Below are positions 60,697 through 64,000 of a stretch of DNA of 64,000 nt, in pieces. Source of the stretch: a candidate division WWE3 bacterium (GTDB lineage: Bacteria > Patescibacteriota > 4484-211 > GCA-002791395). The position numbers and the translations under genes were made by a program. Below the pieces are notes generated by a model. That model was not told where the DNA came from and did not search any database. It worked only from the letters and a program-made list of their open reading frames with translations. The DNA lies in NCBI GenBank assembly GCA_013335095.1, contig JAAXWF010000001.1, forward strand, positions 214,797-278,796, in the 5' to 3' direction. Position 1 is the first letter of the stretch. Every line of letters starts with the position of its first letter.

Positions 60697-60796
60697 TACA
60701 GCGCTCCTTTTTACTACAATGGACAACCGTACAAAAGGCAGTATAACATATATAAAACCCGCAAAGAATGGATCACCGATACGATACAATACAGTG

Positions 60797-61840
60797 ATGA
60801 AAATACTTGGAATCGAAACGAGCTGCGATGAAACATCAGTAGCAATTGTCGAGGATGGAACGAAGATCATTAGTCATGTACTTGCGACAAGTTTAGAAAT
60901 CCAACAACAATATGGTGGGATCGTGCCTGAAGTAGCCTCACGTAAACAGGCCGAATATATGATCCCAGTATTACACGAAGCAATAAAAAAAAGAGGCCTC
61001 ACCATTGATGAGATTGATGCAATTGGAGTAACGGTTGGACCAGGATTAATGGGATCATTAATGGTTGGACTAGAGACCGCTAAAACACTCAGCTATATTT
61101 GGCAAAAACCACTCATACCGGTTAATCATTTAATTGGGCATATCTACTCGGGATGGTTGGATTCAAACGCAACAATACCACCTCAATTCCCATTAATGGC
61201 TGTGGTTGCATCGGGTGGGCATACCGATGTCGTATTAATGCACGATCATGGGCAAATTGAACTATTAGGAGCGACACGAGATGATGCGATTGGCGAAGCG
61301 TTTGATAAAGTGGCCAGGCTTCTAGATCTACCGTATCCAGGCGGTCCACAAATTGAAAAATTAGCTCAACAGGGTGATCCGCGTGCGTTCGACTTCCCTC
61401 GCCCATTACTCCATAGTCAAGACATCGAATTTTCGTATAGTGGATTAAAGACAGCGGTGTTATATGAGACTAAAAAGATAGATACGTTAACCGATCAAAT
61501 AAGAGCTGATCTAGCTGCATCTTTCCAACAAGCCGCCTTTGAAACGTTAGTTATTAAGACTATGCAGGCAGCAAAAAGGTTTGATATTACCTCACTTCTA
61601 CTTACCGGTGGTGTTGCTGCCAATCAATATCTTAAAAGTATGTTCATAAGCTATGCTCAAAAGGAAATACCACACGTACAACTGTATACTCCACCACTCT
61701 CCTTAGCGACCGATAATGCGACCTACATAGCGGCAGCGGCTTACTTTACTCAAAAAGCATCGTTAGATCCGAAAATTAACGAACAACAGCTGGCTGAATT
61801 AGAACCGAATCCATCATTACTGGTAACTGACCAACTATAG
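60797..61840 (+). CDS. tsaD: tRNA N6-adenosine threonylcarbamoyltransferase TsaD (Kae1/YgjD)
   Basis: MKILGIETSCDETSVAIV..., HxxGH-type metal site (VNHLIGHIY) and ASKHB fold. Confidence 0.9.
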   Translation: MKILGIETSCDETSVAIVEDGTKIISHVLATSLEIQQQYGGIVPEVASRKQAEYMIPVLHEAIKKRGLTIDEIDAIGVTVGPGLMGSLMVGLETAKTLSYIWQKPLIPVNHLIGHIYSGWLDSNATIPPQFPLMAVVASGGHTDVVLMHDHGQIELLGATRDDAIGEAFDKVARLLDLPYPGGPQIEKLAQQGDPRAFDFPRPLLHSQDIEFSYSGLKTAVLYETKKIDTLTDQIRADLAASFQQAAFETLVIKTMQAAKRFDITSLLLTGGVAANQYLKSMFISYAQKEIPHVQLYTPPLSLATDNATYIAAAAYFTQKASLDPKINEQQLAELEPNPSLLVTDQL

Positions 61841-61892
61841 CTCTGCGATTTTTTGGGCAATGCCCTTTTGACTAGAAGCCTATAATCACTTT

Positions 61893-62540
61893 ATGTATTT
61901 CTCATTAAAGCAAGATACTGATGAAAAGCTCGCCATAGCGGCCGTAGTAGAAACAATCAAGAAAGGAGGAGTCTGCCTACTCCCAACCGATACCTGCTAT
62001 ATTTTAGCGGTCGATGGACGAAACGAACATGCAATCGAAAAAGTGTTCAAAATCAAAGGTCGAGATTCTCAAAAACCAATTCATTTGAATATACCCGAGA
62101 CTTCGATGTTAAACACACTGGTTCATACTAACCCGAGGGCACAAACCATCGTTGAAACATACTTTCCAGGTCCACTTACGGTAGTTTTAAACAAAAAGTC
62201 CCACGTTTCAGATCTACTAACTGGTGGACTTCCAACGCTTGGCCTAAGAATGCCAGATCACTTTTTTATCCATCGGCTGAACACACAGATAACCACACCA
62301 TACACGACTACATCGGCTAATAAATCAGGTTGCCCAACCCCTTATTCTGTAGCAGAGGCACTCGCTCAACTCGATCAATCTCAAATAGATACTATTATTG
62401 ACGTCGGGGTACTTCCATTCAGGCCAACTTCTACAGTTGTAGACTTAACGACAAACAAGATAAAAATATTGCGTGAAGGGCCAATTTCAATTGAACAACT
62501 ACTACTGACACTGGGAATCCGGAACGATAAACGTGAGTGA
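61893..62540 (+). CDS. tsaC: L-threonylcarbamoyladenylate synthase (YrdC/Sua5 domain)
   Basis: YrdC fold (VCLLPTDTCYILAVDGRNEHAIEKVFKIKGRDSQKPIHL). Adjacent to tsaD. Confidence 0.8.
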   Translation: MYFSLKQDTDEKLAIAAVVETIKKGGVCLLPTDTCYILAVDGRNEHAIEKVFKIKGRDSQKPIHLNIPETSMLNTLVHTNPRAQTIVETYFPGPLTVVLNKKSHVSDLLTGGLPTLGLRMPDHFFIHRLNTQITTPYTTTSANKSGCPTPYSVAEALAQLDQSQIDTIIDVGVLPFRPTSTVVDLTTNKIKILREGPISIEQLLLTLGIRNDKRE

Positions 62541-64000
62541 ATACGGTTCAGTTCTTGATGGCAACTCTCGTTCCGACCATTGAATTGACTCAGAATTTGG
62601 TGCTCCGACTGATCCGAGTTTCATTTTAGTGCTTGGCAGAGGCAGGCTTAACGTTAAATATTCGGAAGCATCAACCGATAGAATTCCCACTTGGCGAACA
62701 TAACTATCATCGGAGCGTTCAGCAGAATAGGTGAATAAATCCGAAGTAATCGTAACGGTCTTGGCAGCATCCTTACCATCGACGATTCGATCTACTAACT
62801 CATACGTGCCTACTGGTTTTCGATGATTGGGACAAACAAGTCCAATCTCTAGATCCCACGATTTCGCACGAGTAGGCGTGGTAACAACCTGTACAGTGGC
62901 TTGGTTTGAACTCATTGAATTTAACGAAATGGTGAGGCCGTTTTTCTCGTCGGTAAATGATTGAGTTGTCGTAACGTTAGCATCACTCCAATTATTTTTA
63001 GTATCAGATGTAACATCAACCAGATAAGAATTGCCGCGGGCAGAATTAATTGAATCAGCTTTATAAATTAACAGTCCGGATAAGTCAGGCCGATATTCGA
63101 CATAATACCCACCTAATTCATCCGACGACGAAATTGGGATAATAATACCGCGGAATGTGTCTGCAGGAGTCGTTGAGTCAGAATCCGAAATAAGAGAGTA
63201 TTCTTTATCCACATCCCCAACATGATAGGCAATCGCCGAAGAAGATATCCATCCTAAACGGTATTTGTCGTATATCGAAAAAGTCATCCCGTTTTCAGAC
63301 ATGACACTATAGGGATCGCTAAACAATGAAATATCGCAATATTCGGACTCGTTACGTATTGGTTTAGTGCAAACCGTTGCATGAGCACTCCCTGCCCCAA
63401 TTGCATATCCGAGCGAAGACAGTACGCTCGACTGCTTAATATCGCCGTTAATCCAAATTTCACCAGAGGTTGAGGTCTTTATAGACCAGTCACAAGAAGA
63501 AGTGTGCGGCATTACAAAAATGGAGATGTCACCAAACAAAGCTGACGAGTCATCTTCCTTAATAACTTCACCTAATTGGTTCTTCCAAAGTGAAGGATCA
63601 CAATTTAGCGACGAACTATCAATGGTCTTTTTAAGATAGATGGTGGGTAGGTCGGTTGTGGTTCCAGCCAGCGTTAAATTATGCATAGATTGAGTTTCAA
63701 AAAGAGTTCGAGCGACCTCTAAATTCGATTTCAGTTTAGCAGGTCGATCATTTGGCCCGCTTAAATCCTGAAAATCAAATGGAATAGCCGTAACAGATCT
63801 TCTTCCAATGCTTAATGTATGAGGCAGTGCAGTTGCTTCAATAGCCGAATTATCATTTATGGCTAAATACTTATCTAATAAAAAACCACTGGCTTTAACC
63901 ATGCCGGGTAAAAGTAATATCGTGCCGTCGGACCCTATAAGATGGTATCGTTTCTCATCGTAAGTTCGAAGATAATAAGAGACTTCATCGGTTGTATTAT
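62502..64000 (-). CDS. Large hypothetical secreted/surface protein (N-terminal end lies outside the window)
   Basis: The reading frame stays open upstream of the listed Met through to the window end. Ser/Thr-rich and beta-rich. No motif recognised. Confidence 0.45.
   Translation of the reverse strand, partial: NTTDEVSYYLRTYDEKRYHLIGSDGTILLLPGMVKASGFLLDKYLAINDNSAIEATALPHTLSIGRRSVTAIPFDFQDLSGPNDRPAKLKSNLEVARTLFETQSMHNLTLAGTTTDLPTIYLKKTIDSSSLNCDPSLWKNQLGEVIKEDDSSALFGDISIFVMPHTSSCDWSIKTSTSGEIWINGDIKQSSVLSSLGYAIGAGSAHATVCTKPIRNESEYCDISLFSDPYSVMSENGMTFSIYDKYRLGWISSSAIAYHVGDVDKEYSLISDSDSTTPADTFRGIIIPISSSDELGGYYVEYRPDLSGLLIYKADSINSARGNSYLVDVTSDTKNNWSDANVTTTQSFTDEKNGLTISLNSMSSNQATVQVVTTPTRAKSWDLEIGLVCPNHRKPVGTYELVDRIVDGKDAAKTVTITSDLFTYSAERSDDSYVRQVGILSVDASEYLTLSLPLPSTKMKLGSVGAPNSESIQWSERELPSRTEPYSLTFIVPDSQCQ

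Overview
This window is a low-GC (roughly 40% by eye, not computed), gene-dense bacterial chromosome segment. It most likely comes from a small-genome Patescibacteria/CPR-type organism. Three observations support that: S5 abuts L15 with no L30; several proteins are compact (L3, AlaRS without the C-Ala domain, a Lon reduced to its AAA+ core, a short F1Fo delta); and secreted cell-wall hydrolases are numerous. Standard stop codons are used. The contents, in order:
- a 3'-truncated atpD followed by atpG-atpA-atpH(short)-atpF-atpE-atpB, all on the minus strand;
- a metallophosphoesterase, a DUF192 protein, tRNA-Pro(GGG) and an HD-domain hydrolase;
- rpsI/rplM, then the rplQ-rpoA-rpsD-rpsK-rpsM-rpmJ-infA-map-adk-secY block;
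- TatD, then an ~11 kb locus of secreted peptidoglycan-hydrolase-like proteins: SpoIID-like, a YVTN beta-propeller, an M15+M23 fusion, a LytM-like protein and a 750-aa Cys-rich protein;
- RuvX-like and a PilM/FtsA-like actin ATPase;
- a GC-rich single-gene island;
- alaS, an orphan ABC substrate-binding protein, and rpsJ-tuf-fusA-rpsG-rpsL;
- RNase J, a UDG-superfamily protein and a Lon-derived AAA+ ATPase;
- the rplO to rplC ribosomal block, with an unusual hairpin/U-tract directly upstream of rplC, and tRNA-Cys(GCA);
- membrane proteins, comF, smpB plus a clear tmRNA (ssrA), a GT-C-like glycosyltransferase and lepA;
- a second GC-rich island of small ORFs, each with strong intrinsic terminators, beside an XRE regulator;
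- tsaD, tsaC and a 5'-truncated large secreted protein at the window end.
No CRISPR array, transposase or integrase was recognised. The best candidates for something novel are the secreted cell-wall hydrolase battery and the two compositionally foreign islands.
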